A stretch of DNA of 32,000 nucleotides from Methylophaga frappieri (GTDB taxonomy: Bacteria; Pseudomonadota; Gammaproteobacteria; Nitrosococcales; Methylophagaceae): assembly GCF_000260965.1 (NCBI RefSeq), contig NC_017856.1, forward strand, positions 600,001 through 632,000. Direction: 5' to 3'. This document shows, in pieces, positions 16,360 to 25,512 of this stretch; the stretch's first letter is position 1, and each line of letters starts with the position of its first letter. Below the pieces are notes generated by a model that did not search any database, had not been told where the DNA came from, and was given only the letters and a program-made list of their open reading frames with translations. A program made the translations under genes and the position numbers.

Positions 16360-17528
16360 TGAAAGTTAAAACCGTTATTGCGTTTTTATTGGCCCTGATT
16401 GTGATGATCGGTGTTTATTTCTGGACGCAGCAGAGCATTGAGCGTTTTGAAAACCGGCCCATCATGAAACGTGACGCTCCTGTCGTCCGTCCAGATATTT
16501 CAGTTATTACGGTATCTGCCCAAAGTTATCAGGCTGAGGTCAGTGCTTTTGGTGCCGTCCAACCCAGATTTAATATTACTTTGAGTGCACAGGTGGCAGG
16601 CCAAGTCGAAACGCTGGCTAATAACTTTGAAACAGGCCGATTGGTCAACAAAGGTGATGTCCTGCTAACACTTGAAAATAGCGCCTATCGTGCAGCCGTT
16701 GCACTTGCCGAACAACAACTCGCTGAGAACCAATTGCTGCTGTTACAAGAACAGCGTCAAGGCCAGCAGGCAGCGGCCGAGTGGCGTGCATCAGGTTTAT
16801 CTGGCGACCCAGATGACCTGGTTCTGCGAAAGCCGCAGCTTGCTCAGGCTGAGGCGGCGGTTAACAATGCGCAGGCACAACTGAATAATGCAAAAAAAGA
16901 GTTGGCTTTCAGTCATGTCAAAGCCCCTTTTGATGCCTTGATTGTCAGTCGCGATGTTTCGCCTGGCAGTTATGTCCAGGCAGGCACTGCCATTGGCACA
17001 CTCTATAGTACGGATCGTGTGGAAGTAGCGGTGACGCTATCGGAATATGAATGGCAGAATTTATCTACCGCCGAGCATATGATGAACACAAAATGGCCCG
17101 TCAAACTCACCTCTGTCGAAAGCAAGGCTTCATGGCAAGGGCATGTGCTGCGTACAGAACAACATCTTGATGGCATAACACGGCAACGGGCCTTAATTGT
17201 CGGTATCGAAAAGCCGCTGCAACAAACGCCACCCCTTAATCCGGGGACGTTCGTCGCGGTGGCGCTGGCAGGCGCTGAACTTGATGGGTTATGGCGTTTA
17301 CCATTAACCAGTCTCAGTCAGCGTGGTGACATCTGGTACGTCAATGCTGACAATAATCTGGCGAAATTTGCAGCGACTCCAGTTTTTAGTGATGCGCAGT
17401 ATATTTATATCTCCCCGCCACCGACCTTAACTGAAGACAAGCAACATGTGCTGATCCAGCCGTTAGACAGTTACCTGGCAGGTATGGCTGTTAATCCTGT
17501 CAGCACCATGGAAAACGCCAATGATTAA
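16359..17528 (+). CDS. RND efflux periplasmic adaptor (membrane fusion protein)
   Basis: N-terminal anchor, coiled-coil hairpin (QLAENQLLLLQEQ...AQAQLNNAKKEL) and beta-barrel parts. TAATG overlap with the OMF gene. Confidence 0.87.
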   Translation: MKVKTVIAFLLALIVMIGVYFWTQQSIERFENRPIMKRDAPVVRPDISVITVSAQSYQAEVSAFGAVQPRFNITLSAQVAGQVETLANNFETGRLVNKGDVLLTLENSAYRAAVALAEQQLAENQLLLLQEQRQGQQAAAEWRASGLSGDPDDLVLRKPQLAQAEAAVNNAQAQLNNAKKELAFSHVKAPFDALIVSRDVSPGSYVQAGTAIGTLYSTDRVEVAVTLSEYEWQNLSTAEHMMNTKWPVKLTSVESKASWQGHVLRTEQHLDGITRQRALIVGIEKPLQQTPPLNPGTFVAVALAGAELDGLWRLPLTSLSQRGDIWYVNADNNLAKFAATPVFSDAQYIYISPPPTLTEDKQHVLIQPLDSYLAGMAVNPVSTMENAND

Positions 17529-20500
17529 CCCAAAGCGCGCTGGGATTATTGGTTGGTTTATTCATAACCCGGTTGCTGCCAACCTGCTGATGATACTGGT
17601 GATTGTACTCGGCCTTGTCGCCGCTGGAGATCTGCGTAAAGAAGCGTTTCCAAGAGGTATGGTTAACGAAGTTACGGTCAATATTTCCTATGACAGTGGT
17701 TCGGCAAAACAATCGGAAGAAGGTCTGGCAATTAAAATCGAGCAACGTCTGCGCGGCGTTGCCGGTATTGAAAATATCATCAGTCAATCCACTCGTAGTG
17801 GTGTATCGGTCGAAGTGGAAATGCAGAGTGGCTATGACATTGACACTTTGTTTCAAGAAGTCAAAACGCAGATTGATGCGATATCAACGTTTCCGGTGGA
17901 CGCAAAAAACCCGGTTATCGATATGGGCGATGGCGATGAACACGCCATCTGGATCCAGCTTTATGGCGACACAGATCGTCAAAGCCTGCAACAAATTGCA
18001 ACGCAGATAGAACGAGACCTGTTGAGCAAGCCCGCTATTCATCGTGTCACGTTATCTGGCTGGCGTGATCCGATGATGATGATTGAAATTGATGATGGTC
18101 GCTTACAATCCTACGGGTTAACCCTGTCCGATGTTGAAGCTGCGATTAATAACAACTCCTCCAATCCACTAACCGCCGTCCTTCGCAACGAAACCATTTA
18201 TCTGCAATTGAAAGCAGCTGAGCAAGCCTACCTGAAACAGGACTTCGCCACCATCCCTCTGATAACCGGTAATAATGGTCAGCAGGTTTACCTTGGAGAT
18301 GTCGCCGATATTTTGGACAGCTTTGATGATGATGTGGCTGTGTTGTCACGGTTCCAAGGCCAAAACAGTATCGGCCTCCAAGTCGTCACCTCGGCGTTAA
18401 ATGATATTGGCGACTCGGTGAAACAAGCCACCGACGTTGTTGAAGTCTGGCGTAATGAACAAAAACTGCCCGCTGGCATTGAAATGGCGACCTGGCATGA
18501 TCGTAGTGTCAATATCACGGATCGTCTGCAAATCCTGATTAATAATGCCATTATCGGCATGGTGCTGGTGTTTGTCTTGCTGGCTTTATTTCTTAATTTG
18601 TCTGTTGCCTTCTGGGTGGCGATGGGGCTGCCTTTCGTGTTTCTCGGCACCTTGTTTTTTATGGGGGACAACTGGGCCAACTTAACCCTGAACTCATTCA
18701 CCACCTTTGGCTTTTTGATGGCGCTTGGCATTATTGTCGATGATGCCGTTGTCATTGGTGAAAGCATCTACAGTGTACGGTCCCGCGAAGGCGACACGAT
18801 TCGCAGTACGATTAAAGGCACGATGCAAGTCGCCATGCCAACTATTTTCGGTGTTTTTACCACCGTGGTCGCTTTCTTTGCTATGTCACAAATTGAAGGT
18901 CGACTCGGCGAAATTTATGCCCAGTTTGCCACCGTTGTCGCAATTGCGTTGATGCTCTCTCTGATCGAGTCCAAGTTAATTCTGCCCGCCCACCTGACTC
19001 ATTTAAACACTCAAAAAAAACCGCGACAAAACCCATTGAGCCGTATCTTTCGATTACTGCAAGATGCTGCTGATAATAGCCTGCAGTGGTTCTCCGCTCA
19101 CGTTTACCTACCCGTTCTTACTTTTTGTCTACGGTTTCGTTATGCCATGGTCACGGTGTTTATCATGGTGTTTATTATTGTGTTCAGCATGCCATTTAAT
19201 GGCACTATCCGAATGAGCTTTTTTCCCTCTATTCCAGGTGATACGGTGCGAGCCCAGATATCAATGCACAATGATGTCAGTTATGGCCGTACGCATGACA
19301 CTTTATTATTATTGGAGCAAACGGCTTATCAGGCAGATCGGCAACTCCGTGATGACAACGAATCCAGTGGTATTGGCAATCTGCAGGTGATTTCCGAAGC
19401 AGATCATCGCGGTAGTATTACGGTAGAACTCAAACCGGATGCCCCCTACAACATGTTTGCTTTTAGACAGGCTTGGGAAAAACAATCTGGCCTACCTGAA
19501 GGCGTACGGAGCTTACGCATTCAAAGTGGCCGTCCCGATGATGATGCGTTACGGATCGAACTGCGCAGCAATGATGATCGCGTTCTTGAATTAGCCGGTG
19601 AAGAAATCTCGGCTCTGCTCGAACCCATGCCAGGCATTATTGGTTTGCAAAATAATCTGCAACCTGGGCAGCCGCAATTACAACTAAAATTAAATCCGCA
19701 AGGCGAGGCAATGGGGTTAACAACGGATCAACTTGCCATACAGATCCTGCAAGGGTTTAGTGGACAAGTGGTGCAACGTTATCAACGCAATAGTGATGAA
19801 ATTGAAGTAAAGGTACGTTACCCGGAAGCAGACCGGCAAAATCCAGCTGATGTCTTGCAATCCAGAGTGCGCCTGCCTGATGGTAGTGTCATACCGTTAG
19901 CCAGTGTGGCTGAAGTGAGCTACGGTTTTACCCGTGACAGTATTACGCGCATTAATGGTCAGCGTGCCGTTTATCTCTCCGCAGATGTCGATAAGGACAG
20001 CTTATCAGTCACGGAACTGGTGGATAGACTGGAGCACAATGAAGTACCTCGATTGAAAGCCAAATATCCCGATCTGGATATTTATTTCGCTGGCGAGGCA
20101 GAAGAACAGAGAGAAACCGAAGCCAGCATGATTCATTTGTTTCTACTCGCCATGCTGGCTATCTATGCGTTATTAGCGATTCCACTCAAATCCTACATTC
20201 AACCGATCATCATTATGACGGCCATTCCTTTCGGCATCGTCGGTGCCTTGCTGGGCCATTGGGTTAATGATTTATCACTTGGTATTTTATCCATGAATGG
20301 CATTATCGCCCTCAGCGGTGTCGTCGTGAATGACAGTTTGTTGCTGGCTGCCCGTTTTAATGAAATAAAACGCGAGTCGCGTGAAATTACCAAAGCGGTT
20401 GTGAAGGCCGGACGCGATCGCATCCGGGCCGTTTTGTTGACTTCTTTTACAACGTTTGCGGGTTTAATGCCCCTGCTATGGGAAACCTCACAAACGGCCT

Positions 20501-20649
20501 TCTTTTTGGTTCCAGCCGCGGTTTCTCTGGCGTATGGCGTGATGTTTGCCACCATCATCACCTTGTTACTGATTCCGATGTTACTGATGATTGAGCATGA
20601 TATTCGTAGCCGTTTGCCAGGTCGGCGTGATTTGTCTATTCCCGCCTGA
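17521..20649 (+). CDS. RND efflux permease (AcrB/HAE-type)
   Basis: 1042 aa with 12 TM and two large periplasmic loops. The N-terminus IIGWFIHNPVAANLLMILVIVLG is typical. 8-nt overlap with the adaptor gene. Confidence 0.93.
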   Translation: MINPKRAGIIGWFIHNPVAANLLMILVIVLGLVAAGDLRKEAFPRGMVNEVTVNISYDSGSAKQSEEGLAIKIEQRLRGVAGIENIISQSTRSGVSVEVEMQSGYDIDTLFQEVKTQIDAISTFPVDAKNPVIDMGDGDEHAIWIQLYGDTDRQSLQQIATQIERDLLSKPAIHRVTLSGWRDPMMMIEIDDGRLQSYGLTLSDVEAAINNNSSNPLTAVLRNETIYLQLKAAEQAYLKQDFATIPLITGNNGQQVYLGDVADILDSFDDDVAVLSRFQGQNSIGLQVVTSALNDIGDSVKQATDVVEVWRNEQKLPAGIEMATWHDRSVNITDRLQILINNAIIGMVLVFVLLALFLNLSVAFWVAMGLPFVFLGTLFFMGDNWANLTLNSFTTFGFLMALGIIVDDAVVIGESIYSVRSREGDTIRSTIKGTMQVAMPTIFGVFTTVVAFFAMSQIEGRLGEIYAQFATVVAIALMLSLIESKLILPAHLTHLNTQKKPRQNPLSRIFRLLQDAADNSLQWFSAHVYLPVLTFCLRFRYAMVTVFIMVFIIVFSMPFNGTIRMSFFPSIPGDTVRAQISMHNDVSYGRTHDTLLLLEQTAYQADRQLRDDNESSGIGNLQVISEADHRGSITVELKPDAPYNMFAFRQAWEKQSGLPEGVRSLRIQSGRPDDDALRIELRSNDDRVLELAGEEISALLEPMPGIIGLQNNLQPGQPQLQLKLNPQGEAMGLTTDQLAIQILQGFSGQVVQRYQRNSDEIEVKVRYPEADRQNPADVLQSRVRLPDGSVIPLASVAEVSYGFTRDSITRINGQRAVYLSADVDKDSLSVTELVDRLEHNEVPRLKAKYPDLDIYFAGEAEEQRETEASMIHLFLLAMLAIYALLAIPLKSYIQPIIIMTAIPFGIVGALLGHWVNDLSLGILSMNGIIALSGVVVNDSLLLAARFNEIKRESREITKAVVKAGRDRIRAVLLTSFTTFAGLMPLLWETSQTAFFLVPAAVSLAYGVMFATIITLLLIPMLLMIEHDIRSRLPGRRDLSIPA

Positions 20650-20652
20650 GGG

Positions 20653-21420
20653 TTACAGCCCAGTTTGATAATGTTGAAAAAACTGTTTGGCCGTTCGGCC
20701 ATTATGACTGGCACGACTCATTGCAAATAGCCGGGCAGCCTCGTGTAGCTGCTGCTTATCAAGGTTCGATGCCGAAAACAGGCTGTCAACCATCGCAAAA
20801 TAGGTATCCCAACCCGGTGGATAAAAAGACAGCCATAAGCCGAATCGATCCGAAAGTGCCAGTTTATCTTCAAGGCTGTCGGTATAGTGCACTTCGCCAT
20901 CGACGACTTTACTTAACTGGTTGTCAGATTGACGCTCCGGCATCAAGTGGCGACGATTCGAGGTCGCATAAATCCGGACGTGCTCTGGCGGTAACTCCAG
21001 CCCGCCCTCAAGCATGCTTTTTAGAGGTTTATAACTGACGTCTTGCTCTTCAAAAGACAAGTCATCACAAAAAATAATGAATTTAAAGGGCCGATCTTCC
21101 AGATCATCCAGAATATCAGGTAGCCATGCCAACTCTTCTTTGTCTATCTGCAACATGCGCAGTCCATCAGCCGCAAACGCATTCAGTAATGCTTTAATCA
21201 ATGAAGACTTGCCGGTGCCACGACTTCCCCAAAGTAACGCATGATTGCTGCTGTCACCATGCAAAAATCGTTCTGTATTGGCTATCAGACTGGCTTTTTG
21301 TTCATCGATGCCAATCAGCTGCTGCAGGCGAATTGGATCCGGTCTGCTGACCGCTTTTAGTTTTTGCCGGTTGGGGCGCCAGACTGCCGCATCAATTGTG
21401 TGCCAATCCAAGTTGTTCAT
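20653..21420 (-). CDS. DUF815/COG2607-type AAA ATPase
   Basis: Walker A LWGSRGTGKSSL, Walker B FIIFCDDLSF and YATSNRRHLMPE. Resembles DUF815 proteins from memory. Confidence 0.72.
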   Translation of the reverse strand: MNNLDWHTIDAAVWRPNRQKLKAVSRPDPIRLQQLIGIDEQKASLIANTERFLHGDSSNHALLWGSRGTGKSSLIKALLNAFAADGLRMLQIDKEELAWLPDILDDLEDRPFKFIIFCDDLSFEEQDVSYKPLKSMLEGGLELPPEHVRIYATSNRRHLMPERQSDNQLSKVVDGEVHYTDSLEDKLALSDRFGLWLSFYPPGWDTYFAMVDSLFSASNLDKQQLHEAARLFAMSRASHNGRTAKQFFQHYQTGL

Positions 21421-21454
21421 CAGCCAAATCCCCTGTTTTTTTAAGGTTCAAGCC

Positions 21455-21482
21455 ACAAAAAAGCCCCGACCTGCGGGGCTTT
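21455..21482 (-). terminator. Rho-independent terminator after pnp
   Basis: On the minus strand: AAGCCCCG-cagg-TCGGGGCTT followed by TTTTTGTGG, 26 nt past the pnp stop. Confidence 0.75.
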
Positions 21483-21507
21483 AGTGTATCGCAATAAGAT
21501 AACGATA

Positions 21508-23607
21508 TCAGCTTTCTGCCGAGGCATCATCATGGACTGCCTTCATACTCAGGCGAATACGACCCTGACGGTCTACTTCCAGTACTTTAACTTCAATCAT
21601 GTCGCCTTCTGACAGTTTGTCACTGACATTTTCAACCCGCTCGTTAGAAATCTGTGAAATATGCACCAGACCATCTTTACCCGGCAGAATCGTCACAAAC
21701 GCACCAAAATCCATCAGTTTGGCAACGCGACCTTGATAAATCTTACCAACTTCAACGTCAGCGGTAATTTGCTCAATACGATGCAATGCATCCTGCCCGG
21801 CATTATAGTCAGAAGAGAAAATCATTACGGTACCATCATCTTGAATATCAATGGTGGCGCCGGTTTCTTCCGTGATCGCTCGAATTGTTGCACCGCCTTT
21901 ACCGATCACATCACGAATCTTGTCAGCATGGACTTTCGTGGTAATGATGCGTGGTGCATGTTCAGACATTTCCTGGCGGTGAGTGCTGATCACTGCATTC
22001 ATTTTGTCCAGAATGTGCAACCGTCCATCACGCGCCTGCGCTAAAGCCGTGCGCATGATTTCTTCATTGATACCTTCTATCTTGATATCCATTTGCAGCG
22101 CAGTGACGCCTTTTTCAGTTCCCGCGACTTTAAAGTCCATATCACCCAGGTGATCTTCATCACCGAGAATATCAGTGATAACAGCATAGGCATCCGGCTC
22201 TTTAATCAGACCCATAGCAATCCCCGCTACCGGTGCTTTAATCGGCACGCCAGCATCCATCAGTGCCAAAGAAGTACCGCATACCGAGGCCATCGAACTG
22301 GATCCATTTGATTCGGTGATTTCAGAAACAACCCGGACAACGTATGGGAATGCTTCAGCAGTTGGCATCACCGCCTGAATACCGCGTTTGGCCAATTTGC
22401 CATGTCCAATTTCGCGACGCTTTGGGCTGCCGACAAAACCAGTTTCACCAACGCAGTATGGCGGGAAGTTGTAATGCAGCATAAAGCGATCCCGGTACTC
22501 CCCTTCAACGGCATCAATCATTTGGGCATCGCGTTCAGCGCCCAGTGTTGCGACTACAATGGCTTGCGTCTCACCACGGGTAAATAAGGCCGAACCATGA
22601 ACACGTGGCAACACACTGGTTTCAACAAATACAGGTCGAACTGTTTTAGTATCACGGCCATCAATACGTGGCTCGCCAGCAATAATACGACCCCGGACTA
22701 ATTCTTTTTCCAGCTTGCCAAAAATGGCTTTAACTTCTTCTTCGTTCCATTCACCATCTTCGCTGACTAAGGCATCGACCGCAGTTTGCCGAACTTCGGC
22801 AAGCTGATCCTGGCGTAACAACTTGTCACTGACAGTGTAAGCTTGACCAATACCCGCGTAAGCGGCTTCTTTGACAGCATTGTAAAGACGATCGTCTTTC
22901 GCTTCTGCTTGCCATTCCCACGCCGCTTTACTAACTTCTTGTTGCAAATCACGCACCAGATTAATAGCTGACTGCATTTGTTGATGACCAAACATCACTG
23001 AACCTAGCATCACCTCTTCAGGCAACTCTTGGGCTTCGGACTCAACCATCAGCACGGCAGTTTCGGTACCGGCAACTACCAGATCCAATTCGCTTTCAGT
23101 GAGCTGACTTTTACTTGGGTTCAACACATATTGACCATTGATGTAACCAACGCGGGCCGCACCCAGAGGACCATTAAACGGGATACCGGAAATCGCCAAA
23201 GCCGCAGAGGCACCGATCATTGCCGGAATATCCGGATCGATAGCCGGATCGATGGCAACGACCGTTGCAATCACCTGAACCTCATTGATAAAACCTTTTG
23301 GGAATAAAGGACGTAAAGGCCGATCGATCAAACGTGAAGTCAGTGTTTCTTTTTCACTAGGACGGCCTTCGCGTTTGAAAAAACCACCCGGAATCTTACC
23401 GGCTGCGTAGGTACGCTCCTGATAGTTCACGGTGAGCGGGAAGAAATCTTGTCCTGGATTGACATTTTTCTTGCCGACCACAGTTACCAGAACAGCGGTT
23501 TCACCCAGGCTTGCCATCACGGCACCACCTGCCTGACGAGCAATTTTGCCTGTTTCAAGACTGAGCAAATGCTCCCCGAACTGTACTGTCTTTTTCACTG
23601 AATTCAC
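21508..23607 (-). CDS. pnp: Polynucleotide phosphorylase
   Basis: Two RNase PH domains plus KH and S1 ([29 protein letters not shown]). Start moved to GTG 23607 (AAGGA RBS), giving [13 protein letters not shown]. Confidence 0.97.
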   Translation of the reverse strand: MNSVKKTVQFGEHLLSLETGKIARQAGGAVMASLGETAVLVTVVGKKNVNPGQDFFPLTVNYQERTYAAGKIPGGFFKREGRPSEKETLTSRLIDRPLRPLFPKGFINEVQVIATVVAIDPAIDPDIPAMIGASAALAISGIPFNGPLGAARVGYINGQYVLNPSKSQLTESELDLVVAGTETAVLMVESEAQELPEEVMLGSVMFGHQQMQSAINLVRDLQQEVSKAAWEWQAEAKDDRLYNAVKEAAYAGIGQAYTVSDKLLRQDQLAEVRQTAVDALVSEDGEWNEEEVKAIFGKLEKELVRGRIIAGEPRIDGRDTKTVRPVFVETSVLPRVHGSALFTRGETQAIVVATLGAERDAQMIDAVEGEYRDRFMLHYNFPPYCVGETGFVGSPKRREIGHGKLAKRGIQAVMPTAEAFPYVVRVVSEITESNGSSSMASVCGTSLALMDAGVPIKAPVAGIAMGLIKEPDAYAVITDILGDEDHLGDMDFKVAGTEKGVTALQMDIKIEGINEEIMRTALAQARDGRLHILDKMNAVISTHRQEMSEHAPRIITTKVHADKIRDVIGKGGATIRAITEETGATIDIQDDGTVMIFSSDYNAGQDALHRIEQITADVEVGKIYQGRVAKLMDFGAFVTILPGKDGLVHISQISNERVENVSDKLSEGDMIEVKVLEVDRQGRIRLSMKAVHDDASAES

Positions 23608-23677
23608 TCTAATTTCCTTCTCTTGACGACACCATGAACGAACCTTTTCGTTCACAGTTTAAAAGCACTAAATGACA

Positions 23678-23710
23678 ATGCCCCTGTATCCGGACGGAGT
23701 ACAGGGGCAT
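23678..23710 (-). promoter_or_regulatory. Long hairpin in the rpsO-pnp intergenic region (rpsO terminator / pnp leader processing stem)
   Basis: 11-bp perfect stem ATGCCCCTGTA/TACAGGGGCAT with an 11-nt loop. A second 7-bp hairpin sits at 23733-23754. Confidence 0.6.
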
Positions 23711-23792
23711 TTTCACTATCGAATGTTAGCGTGCCAGAAATAATCGCTTCTGGCCGCCGATATTTGTTTGAATTTCCAGACCACGCTGGAGA

Positions 23793-24062
23793 TCAGCGAC
23801 GCAGACCCAAGTCCGCGATCAGACCACGATAACGCGTGATGTCGGTTTTTTTCAGATAATCGAGCATCTTGCGGCGACTGCTGACCATTTTCAGCAGGCC
23901 TTGACGTGAATGATGATCCTGAGTATTGGTTTTGAAATGATCAGACAGGTTTGTGATACGTGCTGTCAGCAAAGCAATTTGTACTTCCGCAGAACCGGTA
24001 TCGCCTTCACCGCGGCCATACTTGCTGATAATTTCTTTTTTCTGTGTCGCTGTAATTGACAT
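23793..24062 (-). CDS. rpsO: 30S ribosomal protein S15
   Basis: [36 protein letters not shown]... is canonical S15. ATG 24062 follows a GGAG RBS. Confidence 0.97.
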   Translation of the reverse strand: MSITATQKKEIISKYGRGEGDTGSAEVQIALLTARITNLSDHFKTNTQDHHSRQGLLKMVSSRRKMLDYLKKTDITRYRGLIADLGLRR

Positions 24063-24165
24063 TAAAAACTCCAACTTTTTCGATCTGGCTGATGCCAGTA
24101 GTTAAATTCTGAGAAAACCCAGTCTCACAGACCAAGTTAACCAACTCTTTTAAAGCTTGCAGATT

Positions 24166-25113
24166 TTACCGGCTTTCCGTTTGATCAGCAAGCGCACCTG
24201 CGTCGATATCACGAACAAATAACCGTTTGACGGTCAGTAATCCAGTTTCATCACAACGGCCAAGACCAATAAAATTTTGTGCTGCATCTAATAATCGTAA
24301 ACTCTCACTAGACGTCTCTTGTGCTAATTGTACGGGTTGGCCGAAATAAAGCTGGTTGGTCTGTTGTTCGGTCAACTTTAATACTGGCCATTCTGGTAAT
24401 GCCGATAAGGCTGGCTTGAGATATTGATTTCGTACCACTTCTTTTTCGGATGCAGCTAATTCAGGCAAGGCCACACTATCAGCGAGTGTAAACCCGGCGG
24501 CTTTGGTTCGTCGTAAGTAAGTGACATGGCCACAACTCCCTAATTCGGCTGCAATATCCTGAACCAATGTCCGAATATATGTGCCTTTGCTGCAGTCTAC
24601 CCGCAGACTGAATTGCGTGGCATCAAACTCACCTATTTGCAGATTGTAGATGGTAATCTGACGACTCTCACGCTTGATTGTGATGCCTTCTCTGGCCAGT
24701 TTGTAGAGTGGCTGACCTTGATGTTTCAAGGCAGAAAACATAGGCGGTATTTGCTGTTGAATGCCTATAAACTGCGTCACTATCTGCGTCAGTCTTGCCA
24801 GATCGAAATTCGGCACGGGACGCCTGTCAATAATTTGTCCTTGACTATCTCCGGTATCGGTGGCAAGACCCAGTTTACAGGTAACCTCGTATTGTTTGTC
24901 CGCATCAAGCAAATACGTGGATAACTTCGTTGCCTCCCCCAAACAAATTGGCAACACCCCTGAAGCAAGGGGATCCAATGTCCCGGTATGGCCGGCTTTT
25001 TGCGCATTGAACAAGCGTTTAACGGACTGTAAAACGTGATTCGATGTGACGCCAGATGGTTTATCGACAATCACCAGACCGGTAATCGCCTGCCCTTTTT
25101 TTCGTCGAGCCAT
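24166..25113 (-). CDS. truB: tRNA pseudouridine-55 synthase
   Basis: GLVIVDKPSGVTSNHVLQ...GHTGTLDPLASGVLPI (catalytic Asp motif). ATG 25113 is preferred over TTG 25119. Confidence 0.95.
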   Translation of the reverse strand: MARRKKGQAITGLVIVDKPSGVTSNHVLQSVKRLFNAQKAGHTGTLDPLASGVLPICLGEATKLSTYLLDADKQYEVTCKLGLATDTGDSQGQIIDRRPVPNFDLARLTQIVTQFIGIQQQIPPMFSALKHQGQPLYKLAREGITIKRESRQITIYNLQIGEFDATQFSLRVDCSKGTYIRTLVQDIAAELGSCGHVTYLRRTKAAGFTLADSVALPELAASEKEVVRNQYLKPALSALPEWPVLKLTEQQTNQLYFGQPVQLAQETSSESLRLLDAAQNFIGLGRCDETGLLTVKRLFVRDIDAGALADQTESR

Positions 25114-25125
25114 TGGCAAGTATAT

Positions 25126-25512
25126 TTATTCGTTTTCGTCGTCGGGCTTATGCTGATCGGCATTTGCTTTGCTGATCAGCTCGTCCATATAAAACCCATG
25201 TTCCAGGGATTTGTCGTATCGAAATTGGAGTTCGGGCATAACCCGTAACTTAACCCGTTTGGCAAGTTGACGACGCAAAAAACCAGCCGCATTTTGCAAA
25301 CCTTGTAAGCACTCATCCGCGGCCGCATCTGAGTCAAAGCCATTAAATCGGGTGACATAAATACGTGCATACTTTAAATCAGCCGTCACATCCACATGTG
25401 ATACGGTCACTAAACTGACGCGCGGATCGGCGAGGTCATGCTGAATGAGTTGAGCCAACTCACGTTGCATAACTTCGCCAATACGACTTGTCCGACTAAA
25501 TTCGCGCGCCAT
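25126..25512 (-). CDS. rbfA: Ribosome-binding factor A
   Basis: The [24 protein letters not shown]-terminus is typical. TAATG overlap with infB. Confidence 0.95.
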   Translation of the reverse strand: MAREFSRTSRIGEVMQRELAQLIQHDLADPRVSLVTVSHVDVTADLKYARIYVTRFNGFDSDAAADECLQGLQNAAGFLRRQLAKRVKLRVMPELQFRYDKSLEHGFYMDELISKANADQHKPDDENE

